In this document: piece after piece, positions 20,148-29,894 of the stretch
Layout of the letters: each line of letters starts with the position of its first letter
Numbering within the stretch: position 1 is the first letter of the stretch
Assembly: GCA_965237525.1 (NCBI GenBank)
Contig: CBDEFO010000008.1
Location: 64,001 to 128,000 of the forward strand
DNA from: Candidatus Latescibacterota bacterium
GTDB lineage: Bacteria > Latescibacterota > CBDEFO01
Direction: 5' to 3'
DNA length: 64,000 nt
Position numbers and translations under genes: made by a program
The notes under the pieces: generated by a model
The model's input: only the letters and a program-made list of their open reading frames with translations
Databases searched by the model: none
What the model was told of the DNA's origin: nothing

Positions 20148-20373
20148 GGCGATTCTCCTCTCTTTCTGTCTTGCTCCTTTTGGCCGCCTTATCTTTGAGC
20201 CTTTTCAGCTCGTCCTCTATATCTATCTTCTCAAACTCCTTCTTCAGGGCGTAATCCTCCCACGATTCGTCAAAAGATCCTACTTCCCAATCGGGGATGT
20301 CTCGACCGCATATCTCAGATGCAGCGATTCCTGCTACCCCTCCGAGATATATTCCGGATATAAAGCGCAGCAT
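20116..20373 (-). CDS. Small hypothetical protein
   Basis: AGGAGG RBS, hydrophobic N-terminus, charged tail, operon position. Confidence 0.6.
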   Translation of the reverse strand: MLRFISGIYLGGVAGIAASEICGRDIPDWEVGSFDESWEDYALKKEFEKIDIEDELKRLKDKAAKRSKTEREENRLDSKQSKREY

Positions 20374-20386
20374 TCTAATCCCTCCT

Positions 20387-21049
20387 TTACGGCGTGCTCA
20401 TTTCGAGCCTCTGATAGTAATATGGTCCGATATAGAGCCGATGGGTTACGGATTCTGGCAGCAAATATAAGAGCATCACAGCTAATATGCCGTGAGAAAT
20501 CGAAATTGTCACAAGATTCGGGTTTTTTCGAAAGGAGAAAGACCAGAAGATGCCCGCTACGAATGTTACTACGGATAAAAATAGATTGGGCCAGTGCACT
20601 GAGCCGAATATAAAAGCGTTCAAAAGGACCGTCCAGCGGACGTCTCCGAAGGCGTCCTTTAATCTGTTGTTAAAGAAGGACTGAAAGAAGTACTGCTGGA
20701 AGAACGCCCAGACGAAATATCCAAAAGGGAGTATAAAGAGACGATCGTCTATGTGCATCCCTTTGAGGCCTATTCCTCCCGCTATTAGGATAGCCGCTGA
20801 GATGAGCGTGAATGTCCCTACCTCTTTCAAGGAATCTGGAATGTTGTCCGTCCTGATGCCTATGCTCTTTAAGCTGTCGTTATGGATCAGATGGGACACA
20901 ACTGTGAATGCGATTGCAAAGATCACCACGAAAAAGGTCAAGAGCAGATTCTGAAGAGGATGAACTATCCAGATAAAGACGAAGATGTAGGATAACAGAA
21001 AGACGCTTTCAATCAGTGGAAAATATGCCTTTTTTGCAGGTGTCTTCAT
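20387..21049 (-). CDS. CPBP/CAAX (Abi) intramembrane protease-like protein
   Basis: FGSVHWPN and HGIL motifs; QQ in place of the usual EE. ATG overlaps the upstream TGA (ATGA). Confidence 0.75.
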   Translation of the reverse strand: MKTPAKKAYFPLIESVFLLSYIFVFIWIVHPLQNLLLTFFVVIFAIAFTVVSHLIHNDSLKSIGIRTDNIPDSLKEVGTFTLISAAILIAGGIGLKGMHIDDRLFILPFGYFVWAFFQQYFFQSFFNNRLKDAFGDVRWTVLLNAFIFGSVHWPNLFLSVVTFVAGIFWSFSFRKNPNLVTISISHGILAVMLLYLLPESVTHRLYIGPYYYQRLEMSTP

Positions 21050-22221
21050 CTTACCCCCGGCGGCATTGAGTCTATTAATTGTGCTATGCGAAGTCCTAAT
21101 CTTCCTGCCCTCTCTAAGGCTTTGGGATCTATACCATCTGGGGTATCTCTGGGAGAATGAGCTTTGAAAAAGGGTCGGTTGAACTTCTCTCCCAACAGGG
21201 TGATAGCGTCGAATCCTCTCCAAGCTATCGGCATGTGGTCCATTCCCGCTCCGAACGGGAGATAGGATCGCAAAACCCGTAATCTTTCCTGCTCTGCGGC
21301 ACGAATGACTATTTTGCTCAACCGTTTAGCTGTCCGAACAGGAGGGACACCGTGAGCAGAGATCAACGACAGTTTGTCTCCTACTCCGACCATCTCATAG
21401 TTGACAAAAAATGTGTTCTCTACCTCCAAGATATCTCCCTCCCTTTGAATATATCTCATCGCCCCGACCATGCCCTCCTCTTCAGCATCTGTAGCCAGAA
21501 ATGTTACATTTGTCCTTTCGAGATCCAGCTCCTCTGTGCACCTTGCAAGTTCTAAAAGCACGCCCACCCCCGATCCATTGTCCAGTGCTCCCGGCGATTC
21601 GTTCTTAGATCTTATCGCCGAAAGAGGTAAGAATAAGATAAAAGACGCAAACGCTGTCCACCTCAAGAAATCGTAGGGGAGGACTATATCTCCCATAATC
21701 GCTGAGATAATTACAGCAAGACAGACGCCCAGAAGCAGAAGAACACCGCTGAAGAATAGTAGAAACCTGAGGACAAGGGATAAAGGCTGGGACTTGGAGT
21801 CGTAGTGAGCCACAAATATTAAGTCCACTTCCTTACTTGCTGAAGTCCTTCGGGCGATGATGTTGCGCGCTGTTTTTTCAGGTCCGATGTTGAATATCTT
21901 CTCCACAAGTCCATTCCACCTGCTCATAGCGCATATTGCAAAGAGGATAGCTGTACACGAAACGCCTGACATCAGCCTCATATTCGGCAGTAGATGGAGG
22001 GCGATTATGCAAACTGAACTTAGAATGAGCGGTGTTGTGCTCCACCCTAATCTGTGAGGTGTTGTCGAGAATCGGAACTCCTGAACTTCAACGTCCAGAC
22101 CTATGTCTCTAAAGAAGTCGAGTATATATTTTGCAGCTTTATCCTCTCCCTGGCTTCCTGTCCGCCTCGGGAAGGAGAGATTTTCTACGTGACTGTACGC
22201 ACTGGAACCGTCAAAGGGCAT
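21046..22221 (-). CDS. M28 family peptidase with TM segments
   Basis: AHYDS, GALDNGSG, AEEEG, DH and C-terminal HS..D. Confidence 0.9.
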   Translation of the reverse strand: MPFDGSSAYSHVENLSFPRRTGSQGEDKAAKYILDFFRDIGLDVEVQEFRFSTTPHRLGWSTTPLILSSVCIIALHLLPNMRLMSGVSCTAILFAICAMSRWNGLVEKIFNIGPEKTARNIIARRTSASKEVDLIFVAHYDSKSQPLSLVLRFLLFFSGVLLLLGVCLAVIISAIMGDIVLPYDFLRWTAFASFILFLPLSAIRSKNESPGALDNGSGVGVLLELARCTEELDLERTNVTFLATDAEEEGMVGAMRYIQREGDILEVENTFFVNYEMVGVGDKLSLISAHGVPPVRTAKRLSKIVIRAAEQERLRVLRSYLPFGAGMDHMPIAWRGFDAITLLGEKFNRPFFKAHSPRDTPDGIDPKALERAGRLGLRIAQLIDSMPPGVR

Positions 22222-22885
22222 AAGCTTTGATCGCCGTTACCAAAAGACCGTGGGCTGCATTGCAAACGATAATATCTTCAAACCCCGCCTCTGCAAAGTA
22301 ATTATTAAGCTCCTTTTGGGAGTAAAGAACGAACTTCGAACCTCCGCTTACCATAGGGAAGGAGATCTTCAGAAAGCGTGAGATAACTCCCGTTCCTCTT
22401 GTCCAGAGGATAATTTTCCCACCGTTACAGAGGACGCGCCCTATCTCTTTGATGGCCATCTGTGGCTCCACGATGTGGCACAGCACGCCAAAAGATGTCA
22501 CGATCTCAAAAGTTTCACTATCAAATGGCAGTGCAAGCGCGCTCGTTTGAATAAGTTTCAATCTATCCTGAAAGCTATCCTCTGCCTCTGCCGCTTTCAA
22601 AATATTATACGAAAGGTCAACTGCTACAACATCTGCTTTTGGATACATTTTGGCAAATGTCTTCGCCACCAGCCCTGTTCCTGTACCCAGATCCAGCACA
22701 CTCGAAGGCGCTCCATCGATCATTTCGGCGGTCTCTTGGATCAACTTGTAGTAGCCCGTGCAACCTATCAGCTTCAACCACAGCGGATAGCCCTTTGCGT
22801 AAGGCGTTGACCAGCGCAGGAGTTTGGTCTCTTGCTGCGTGGATCTTAAGGATTTACGAACGTCAGCCGAAGTTGCTCTCACCAT
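22211..22885 (-). CDS. Class I SAM-dependent methyltransferase
   Basis: VLDLGTGTG, VDLS, LPFDSETF, EIGRVL. Confidence 0.9.
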   Translation of the reverse strand: MVRATSADVRKSLRSTQQETKLLRWSTPYAKGYPLWLKLIGCTGYYKLIQETAEMIDGAPSSVLDLGTGTGLVAKTFAKMYPKADVVAVDLSYNILKAAEAEDSFQDRLKLIQTSALALPFDSETFEIVTSFGVLCHIVEPQMAIKEIGRVLCNGGKIILWTRGTGVISRFLKISFPMVSGGSKFVLYSQKELNNYFAEAGFEDIIVCNAAHGLLVTAIKAYAL

Positions 22886-22890
22886 CTTAT

Positions 22891-23534
22891 TTAATCGACA
22901 TTTCCTTTACGAGCGAATTTCTGAAGAAAGTCCTTCACCTGATTGAAAGCCTCATTATCCCACGACAAGTATCCCGCCTGGGCTGCTTCACTAACTGTTT
23001 TCCTGCCTCTGGTTTTGAAGCTAAAAAGACCTGTACTCTGGCCTTAGATTCGTTTTTGGGCAAAGAGAGATCTTTCTGTTTCAAACATTCAAAGTATTGT
23101 TCTACACAGACCATGGCAGGGTTCTGCTCTTCGGATTCGATACAGACGTCTTCTAACATCCCAGGTTCGTCCTGTGCAGGCAAAATCATGACGGTGACCT
23201 GAGGACTATGGCCGGTGGGTATCAAAGAGTGTTCGGGCGCAGGTAAATCCACAGATCGCAAGGCGTCACAAACGCTTTGAAAAGCACCACCGGGATTATC
23301 ATTTGCGTCTCTGACCACACCCAGGGAAGCGACTATATCAAAATTTGGAGATGAGATAAGAGCATTCAAATTCCTTCGCAATTGATCTTTACCTCCGATG
23401 GGCAAAACTTGAACTTCCATCAATCCCAAATGATCTATCAGTGCTCCGAAGAACTGTTTATCCTCTTTGCCCTCGACTGCCAGCACATTCGGTTGTTCTA
23501 TGGTGATTGGTTTCTCTGTCTTGATCGGCATCAC
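22891..23534 (-). pseudogene. DUF3226-type (TOPRIM-like) protein with a 1-nt frameshift near 22990
   Basis: VEGKED, VRDAND, GMLED. Adding one G gives KQLGEAAQAGYLSWDNEAFNQVKDFLQKF...* ending at 22891. Confidence 0.7.
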
Positions 23535-24616
23535 CTGACCTCCAGGCCAGTCTCAATAGCCGCTGTCAAGGCTTCCTGGTCATAGGTTACAGCGCGGATG
23601 TCGCCATCTTTGCGTTCCAAGCGATGCAATCGAAAGTCGTACGGCTTGCTCTCTGTGAACGCCTCCTGAGCAGCCACGATGCATTCCCAACTGTGAGTGG
23701 TAGCAAAAACCTGAGTGTTAAACTGTCGGGCCGTTTCTCCAATAGCTTCCCATATCTTGGTCATAGCCGAATGGTAAAATCCGTTCTCTATTTCATCTAT
23801 AAGCACAACACCGTCTGGGGCATTGCCAATAGCCATCACCAAGCTTGCCAGACGAACCATGCCACCTCCCATGAAGGGCAGGGGTATAAGGCGCCCGTTG
23901 CCAACATCCCCATGCAACATCGATTCCCCTGCCGCGGCCACTGCTGTGATGCGTTCGAGCCGCGGTTCAATGAGTTTCAATATCTGTAATATCATGTCCT
24001 GTTTACCCTCTTTCTCCAACTTCCCAAAACGCTCAGCCTCTTCCGACACGGGGATATGCATTCGGGCAGGCAAGAAGAATGTTGGGAGCGCAGAGACGGG
24101 AGGAATGGGCACAGTGCGCATGCCGCTTTCATCAAGAATCAAGTAATAGTTGCCACATTCTCCTTTCTGTTTGTATTCGAGCTTAAGCACCTCGGCAATT
24201 CCAGATGAGATAAGAACTCCCTTAGAGTTCTCAGGACTATACTGGATGGCTTGCGGTATTTTCTTTAACTCTGACCGATCACGAACTGCCCTTAGTTGGA
24301 GGGATCTACGACCGGTTATTGTGTCTTTGCCCACCAACTCTATGTTCTCTGAGCTGTCAAATTTAGTAAAGAGAAAATCCCAGGGGAGTTCTTCACGCCA
24401 CTGTCCAAGCTGTGCCTTCATTGCCTCAACGCCGCGAAAGGCTCTGATTTTGAAGACAAGTGCGGGTATCCACGCACCACAGTGTAGAAACATTGCTTCT
24501 AAGAGGGACGTCTTACCAACATTGTTGACTCCAGCGATCAGATTGATTCGTTCGAGAGAAGGAATCGTCAACTTGCGCAAGCACCCAAAGTTCTTAACTT
24601 CAAATGATTTGTACAT
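23531..24616 (-). CDS. ABC-type AAA ATPase (AAA_15/AAA_21-like)
   Basis: GVNNVGKT, MGGG signature, LIDEIENGFYH, TTHS. Confidence 0.9.
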   Translation of the reverse strand: MYKSFEVKNFGCLRKLTIPSLERINLIAGVNNVGKTSLLEAMFLHCGAWIPALVFKIRAFRGVEAMKAQLGQWREELPWDFLFTKFDSSENIELVGKDTITGRRSLQLRAVRDRSELKKIPQAIQYSPENSKGVLISSGIAEVLKLEYKQKGECGNYYLILDESGMRTVPIPPVSALPTFFLPARMHIPVSEEAERFGKLEKEGKQDMILQILKLIEPRLERITAVAAAGESMLHGDVGNGRLIPLPFMGGGMVRLASLVMAIGNAPDGVVLIDEIENGFYHSAMTKIWEAIGETARQFNTQVFATTHSWECIVAAQEAFTESKPYDFRLHRLERKDGDIRAVTYDQEALTAAIETGLEVR

Positions 24617-24805
24617 CGGTTACCTCCTCGTGAGGCGGTGATGTATTCTAAATATAAAGACTCCTATCCGGTCCGGCAGTTTAACTAGTAGTTTAAAAAG
24701 GAGCGAACTTCTTCCTTGATTTCAGCCCATTAAAAGAAGTAAGGCGATTCCGCGCGCTCGGTTGATTTTAGCGGAGAATATTACAGTTCCTAAACACAGT
24801 ATCCC

Positions 24806-25240
24806 TTACTTCAAAGCTGCCTTAAGATGCTCAATCAGTTCACGATCTTGATTAGTCCGATCCTTGAAGCTTTGCAGAGGGGTTACATCTACTTTCACGA
24901 TGCCCCAAATGGGCAAGCTCTGCAATAGACGACTTAACTCCTCGTTGGATGATGCCTGCACGATAAACACAGCAGCCCTGGCTCCAGCCACAATCCCTCC
25001 AGCCAGGATTTTCTTCTCAGCCTCCATCTTTGCCAAAGCCTCCAGACTGGGAATAACCATCTGCTCCACAAACTGTATAGCCTGCTGAGGGGGATGCATC
25101 TCACCAGTTTCAACACTTTCCATGGTTACGAGATATATCATCTTACCCTTTTCCTGACCTTGAGGAACATTGACTGATAGGAAAAGAGCTATAACAGCCA
25201 CCAATGTTAGCGTAACAATGGTTTTTATATTTCTACGCAT
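24806..25240 (-). CDS. Exported muconolactone-isomerase/DUF3303-like protein
   Basis: Signal peptide; ILAGGIVAG..AAVFIVQASSNEELSRLLQSLP.W. Confidence 0.6.
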   Translation of the reverse strand: MRRNIKTIVTLTLVAVIALFLSVNVPQGQEKGKMIYLVTMESVETGEMHPPQQAIQFVEQMVIPSLEALAKMEAEKKILAGGIVAGARAAVFIVQASSNEELSRLLQSLPIWGIVKVDVTPLQSFKDRTNQDRELIEHLKAALK

Positions 25241-25588
25241 AGTTCTTTCTCCTTATTGTTTTGTGTTTTACCTCGGGAGCGCCGTTTCTCCTATAGTGTA
25301 TTTATGCACAAAGAAAGTCTAGACTCGTTGCAAACGGACTCCTGTCTGGAAGTCTGTGTATTATGGATCTGGTTTAAGTCCGAAAAGTGTTGACACTTTT
25401 GGAAAAGGTGTTATTGGGAGCGCGTACCGGCCTGCTTTTCATGTAATTGGCCATATTTTTCTTTGAGTTCACGAAGGAATCCCTCACGATTAGATAAGTA
25501 CTTTTTGCTCAATTCTTCGCGAACCTTCCGCTGAAATTTCACCGCATCAAATTTCTTCTTCACGGATGACCTCGCAATGGTATATCAT

Positions 25589-26710
25589 CTACACCATTAC
25601 CCTGTCAGAAGCCCTTATGCACTCTGCCAGCAGCCGTACACCTTCCCTTATGTCATCGTGCGAGGGATAGCCGAAGGAGAGCCTAACGTAATTTATATCC
25701 TCATCCTTACAGTAAAAGTCCCTCCCCATAGCGCAGTTGATGCCTTTGCCCGCGACCAGTTTCTCTACTCCGGATATATCTACACTTTCTGGCAATTTAA
25801 TCCATATAAAGAGGCCCCCGGTAGGACGGCTCCACGTACAGTAGCCGCCTAAATTTTCTTCCAATTCCTGGAACATTACATCACGCTTTCCCTTGAAGAT
25901 GCCGCACACTTCCTTGATATGAGTCCAGAGATTCTCCTTGAGATATTCGGCCAAGATGCAGCTTGCAAGCGCCGTCGTCCCGCCGTCTATCTTATTGCTT
26001 ATTATCCTCTGTATGATCTCTTCAGAGGCGGCGAAGTATCCCAATCTGATGCCCGGCCCCATTATCTTGGAGAAGGAGGCGAGATAAAGTGTAGACTTTG
26101 TGTCGTCCAAAGCGTACAAGGACGAAACGTTCTCACCTTCAAAGCGCAGATCGGCGTAGCAGTTGTCCTCAACGACCATAACGCCGTAATTGTACGCTAT
26201 GTCAAGTAGCTCTTTCCTGCGAGGGTGGGGCATAACCGAACCGGTGGGATTCTGGTTTGTGCCGATGGTGTATATGAACTTGGGGGTTTTCCCCAGATCC
26301 TTTAAATCGCTCAGGGCACCTTCGAGTTCGTCCATCCTCATCCCGTCCTCATCGAGCGGGATTCCGACAATATCCGCGCCGTGGTGCCTGAAGGCTCTGA
26401 GCGTTCCTGAGTAAGTGAATTCCTCAGTGATCACAGGTTCCCCCCTGTTCACAAAGGTCTGGGCGATAAGGCTTATCGCCTGCATCGAGCCTGTTGTCAG
26501 GACTATATTATCGGCAGGAAGTTCGGCACCTTCGCGTCTGTAGAATCGGCCTGATGCGACTTCCCTCAAGCCCAGGTATCCTTTAGAGTCCGGGTAGAGG
26601 ACAAGGCTATGTCCTATCTGGGGCAGAATCCTGGCCGCCGCTTCGGCAAGCTCGACGGAGGGGAAAGACCCCGGGTCGGGAGACCCTCCTCCGAAATTGT
26701 AGGTCTTCAC
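25589..26710 (-). CDS. PLP-dependent aminotransferase class I/II
   Basis: GGGSPDP, QNPTG, EDNCY, SFSKIMGPGIRLG. Confidence 0.92.
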   Translation of the reverse strand: MKTYNFGGGSPDPGSFPSVELAEAAARILPQIGHSLVLYPDSKGYLGLREVASGRFYRREGAELPADNIVLTTGSMQAISLIAQTFVNRGEPVITEEFTYSGTLRAFRHHGADIVGIPLDEDGMRMDELEGALSDLKDLGKTPKFIYTIGTNQNPTGSVMPHPRRKELLDIAYNYGVMVVEDNCYADLRFEGENVSSLYALDDTKSTLYLASFSKIMGPGIRLGYFAASEEIIQRIISNKIDGGTTALASCILAEYLKENLWTHIKEVCGIFKGKRDVMFQELEENLGGYCTWSRPTGGLFIWIKLPESVDISGVEKLVAGKGINCAMGRDFYCKDEDINYVRLSFGYPSHDDIREGVRLLAECIRASDRVMV

Positions 26711-26797
26711 GTAAATGTCCTTTCTTTGGAAGGCTAAGGCAAAGGCTGAGGCTAAGACCTCACTGTCTTCCCCTCCGCTCTCTCCTTGGCTTTCATT

Positions 26798-27769
26798 TTA
26801 AATGCTGTTGTAGTCCAATACGACTTTGATTGCGCCATCCGTCCTTTTCGTAAAGATCTCGAAGCCCCTTTGAACCTCATCGAACGGGATAACGTGGGTG
26901 ACTATGGGAGATACGTCTGTCCTGCCCTGCACTATCATATCTATCGCCAGCGGGAAATCTCTTTTTACCTCCGGGCCTCCAGAACCGACCATGCTGAGAT
27001 TTTTCCTCAAGATATCCTCGTATCTGAAATCGTACACAGGTTCGTCCGGCACTCCGAAGCAGAACACTGTGCCCTCATGCTTTACCAGATCCAGACATGT
27101 ATTGATCGTGCCCGTCTGGTGTCCCACAGCCTCGATGACAAGGTCTGCCATCTTTCCGTCTGTAATATCTCTTACCTTTTGGATGGCGTCTTCCCTTATG
27201 ACATTCACAGTATGCGTGGCTCTCATCTGCATGGCGACGTCCAGGCGATAATCCAGCAAATCGAGGCCGATGATCCTCTTTGCGCCCAAATTGCTGAGCA
27301 GGCTGTCCATCAAAAGTCCAATGGGGCCCTGACCGACTACTACTACGTTCCAATGGATGATATTCTCCAACTTCCGGAACGCCCATATTATCGTTCCCAA
27401 GGGTTGGGAAAGGACGATATGCTCCTTCTTTTCGTACCTCGGGAGATGCACGGTGCAATCTTCGTCCGAGGGAAAGTACTCCATCAGTCCGCCCGGACCA
27501 GCTGGTAGAGATAGGACTTCGTCGCCTTCCTTGAATTCTTTAGATCTGCTCTGGGCGATAACGCCCACGCATTCGTGGATTGAGGCCCCGGGGGGACGAG
27601 GGTATTCGGAGGCTGGATGTTCATAGGCAAACTCGGGAACATCGGTGCCGCATATCGCAGCCTTATCGACTTTAACCAGCACGCTCCCGTCCTTGGCGCT
27701 GGAAACATCAGGCTTTGCTACATCCACGATCTCAAATCTTTGTGGTCCCACAATCTGAGCCGCTTTCAC
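26798..27769 (-). CDS. Zn-binding (MDR) alcohol dehydrogenase
   Basis: ICGTD, HE, GQGPIG, IKVVL. Confidence 0.9.
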   Translation of the reverse strand: MKAAQIVGPQRFEIVDVAKPDVSSAKDGSVLVKVDKAAICGTDVPEFAYEHPASEYPRPPGASIHECVGVIAQSRSKEFKEGDEVLSLPAGPGGLMEYFPSDEDCTVHLPRYEKKEHIVLSQPLGTIIWAFRKLENIIHWNVVVVGQGPIGLLMDSLLSNLGAKRIIGLDLLDYRLDVAMQMRATHTVNVIREDAIQKVRDITDGKMADLVIEAVGHQTGTINTCLDLVKHEGTVFCFGVPDEPVYDFRYEDILRKNLSMVGSGGPEVKRDFPLAIDMIVQGRTDVSPIVTHVIPFDEVQRGFEIFTKRTDGAIKVVLDYNSI

Positions 27770-28182
27770 GCTGATCTCCGTTGTGCATTAGAGTTGAAAA
27801 CGTCGTCCTGTTCTTCGGGGATAGAGGATCTGATAGCTACCTCCACCTGTGGCAGAGCTGCAGCCACTGCATCCTGATCCACGCTCGATGCGAAATCCTT
27901 ATATCCTGCCGTCTGGATAATAGAGAGTAGATTGCTACTCAACTGCTCCAGCGTCCACGCAACAGGGTCCGGAACTTCCCCCTTATCCAGATCCCTCTTA
28001 TCGTCTTTTCCGATGGAGTCAAAGTGATAGTGCGGATCTTTCTCGAAGCAGTCGAATCTAAGGAGTTGAACTCTTTTCCCCTCGACCTCCTCAAAGACCT
28101 TAACGGCCGGGCCTCTGTCGCTTCCAAAGACTCGGTACTCCACTTCTAAATGGACACCACCTACGTCGAACGACTGACTCAT
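27766..28182 (-). CDS. Conserved hypothetical protein
   Basis: GGAGG RBS; LLRFDCFEKDPHYH motif; stop overlaps the next start. Confidence 0.8.
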   Translation of the reverse strand: MSQSFDVGGVHLEVEYRVFGSDRGPAVKVFEEVEGKRVQLLRFDCFEKDPHYHFDSIGKDDKRDLDKGEVPDPVAWTLEQLSSNLLSIIQTAGYKDFASSVDQDAVAAALPQVEVAIRSSIPEEQDDVFNSNAQRRSA

Positions 28183-28339
28183 AGTTTAACCTCCCTCTAA
28201 GGTCGCGGTAACCCCATCTCCAAGCTATCGTAAACTAATGCAATGATAGAATCGACTTATCTTTATCGTCAAGCGATCTGAACCAGAGAACGAGCATAGG
28301 CATTCTATTCTTTTTCATCGGATCAGGGAGCTTGCTGGG

Positions 28340-29341
28340 TCAACGGCGCATCAGGGACTTAATCTTGCGTCCAGTTTTCAAGATAGCTTCTGACATGGCG
28401 GACGTATATTTCTCCGTGACGTAGTAGGGAGTCAAGACTCCTCCAAATCCGCGTTTGAATTTGGCGATTGAAGGGATGTTCGCCCCCACAAAATCGAAAC
28501 TATGACACTGAGAAGACATCTCTTTAAAGACTTCCGAGTACAGAAGCGAGGTCGCCCCACTGCTGTTGTATTCCGGGTCGGCCCCCGCTATCCATGCGTA
28601 GAGCGTCTTGAAGCCGTGCACGAAGACCACAGTCGAGACGGTGGCACCCGATGGTTCTTCCGCTGTGTACATACGGCAAAGACCCGACTCCTGAGCGGCT
28701 CTGTGGAAGACATCTACTATCCTATCGGGGACAGGCTGTACGCAACTTTTTTCATAGATCATTTTATATTGACAAATTAAGAGATTAAGATCGTCTTTTT
28801 GATGAATGGAAAAGCAGTTCTTTTGGGCTTTTCTTATGACAGTGTTCGTTCGGTTCTCAAATGCACTCCACAACTTGTCAGGTTCAGAAAGACCTATTCT
28901 GTAAGTGTATTTGACCTGGATTTGCCAGTCTCTCCAGATAAATTCCCGGATATCTTCTATGTCCGGGGAGTGAGAAAGGAGGATGTAGTCGAAGTCACTC
29001 TCCAATCTGGTGATTATGCCCGCGGTGGCCTTATGGCGTTCGGCTTCTACTTTCGCAGCACGTATGGCGGGAATGTGAGCGTATATAAATCCTCCATATG
29101 GGGTTAAGGTGGGCGTAGTGAATCTGTCCAACCGGGCTTTTTTTGTTCTGAGACCTGAGCAGCCTGCAATGAGGTTGCCCTTCTTGTAGCACCCGTAGAT
29201 TACTATGTCCCCACCTGTGGATTTACGAGCGGCAGAGAGCCATGCGGACGTGGAAAAGACGGTGCCGCCGGGCGAATTTTCTACAAACTGATCCCACGTT
29301 TCCCAATCCTCTACTATTTCGACTTCGTAATTATCGGTCAT
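28340..29341 (-). CDS. FemAB-like GNAT protein
   Basis: WDQFVENS, FDFVGAN, KFKRGFGG. Confidence 0.88.
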   Translation of the reverse strand: MTDNYEVEIVEDWETWDQFVENSPGGTVFSTSAWLSAARKSTGGDIVIYGCYKKGNLIAGCSGLRTKKARLDRFTTPTLTPYGGFIYAHIPAIRAAKVEAERHKATAGIITRLESDFDYILLSHSPDIEDIREFIWRDWQIQVKYTYRIGLSEPDKLWSAFENRTNTVIRKAQKNCFSIHQKDDLNLLICQYKMIYEKSCVQPVPDRIVDVFHRAAQESGLCRMYTAEEPSGATVSTVVFVHGFKTLYAWIAGADPEYNSSGATSLLYSEVFKEMSSQCHSFDFVGANIPSIAKFKRGFGGVLTPYYVTEKYTSAMSEAILKTGRKIKSLMRR

Positions 29342-29609
29342 TTTGCCTCTGAGGCTGAGGCCATAGTTTCTTAAAATAGCTCTTGACTCTCTCTTTAAAG
29401 ACCTTCTTCTTATCTTTGAGACACAGATCTCGGATAGCCTTTCTGGATGTCCTTTCTGGCTCTTCTCTGATGAAGGAAGTGGCGCTTTTCTTCATATTGT
29501 GCGCGTGTTCCATCAGATTGCGGAAGGCCTCAATGTCTACAGGATCTTCCAATTGTTCGAGTATAGCGTCGTCTTCGCTGAAATCCCGTTCTTGTTCCCG
29601 CTCAGACAT
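29331..29609 (-). CDS. Small hypothetical protein
   Basis: ORF from MSERE after GAGG; overlaps the GNAT start. Confidence 0.5.
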   Translation of the reverse strand: MSEREQERDFSEDDAILEQLEDPVDIEAFRNLMEHAHNMKKSATSFIREEPERTSRKAIRDLCLKDKKKVFKERVKSYFKKLWPQPQRQNDR

Positions 29610-29766
29610 AGGGCGATGACCTCTCCCAGAAGAGGGGCGGTTAGAGTGGATCAATTCTTCACTCAGAGAATATATGAAAGCTGCAATCCGAAGTCAACTG
29701 CAAAAGGGAATAGCCTTGCAGAATCTTGAAGCCCTCACAAATCTGGGATGCATCGCCTTTTTAAAG

Positions 29767-29795
29767 TTGACTTTCCTGTATATCTATCGTATATT
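29767..29795 (+). promoter_or_regulatory. Putative sigma70 promoter of the tilS operon
   Basis: TTGACT-17 bp-TATATT. Confidence 0.6.
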
Positions 29796-29894
29796 CAATG
29801 GTAAGGATGCTATTTGATAAAGTGTGGGGGTTGAATTGGCAATTCTACTATTATGGCTTTAGCAGGGCCGCTGTTTGTCTGAGGTGCAAGACAG

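Noticed and set aside
26731..26754. AGGCTA-like hexamer repeated four times
   Set aside because: Short intergenic microsatellite with no evidence of function.
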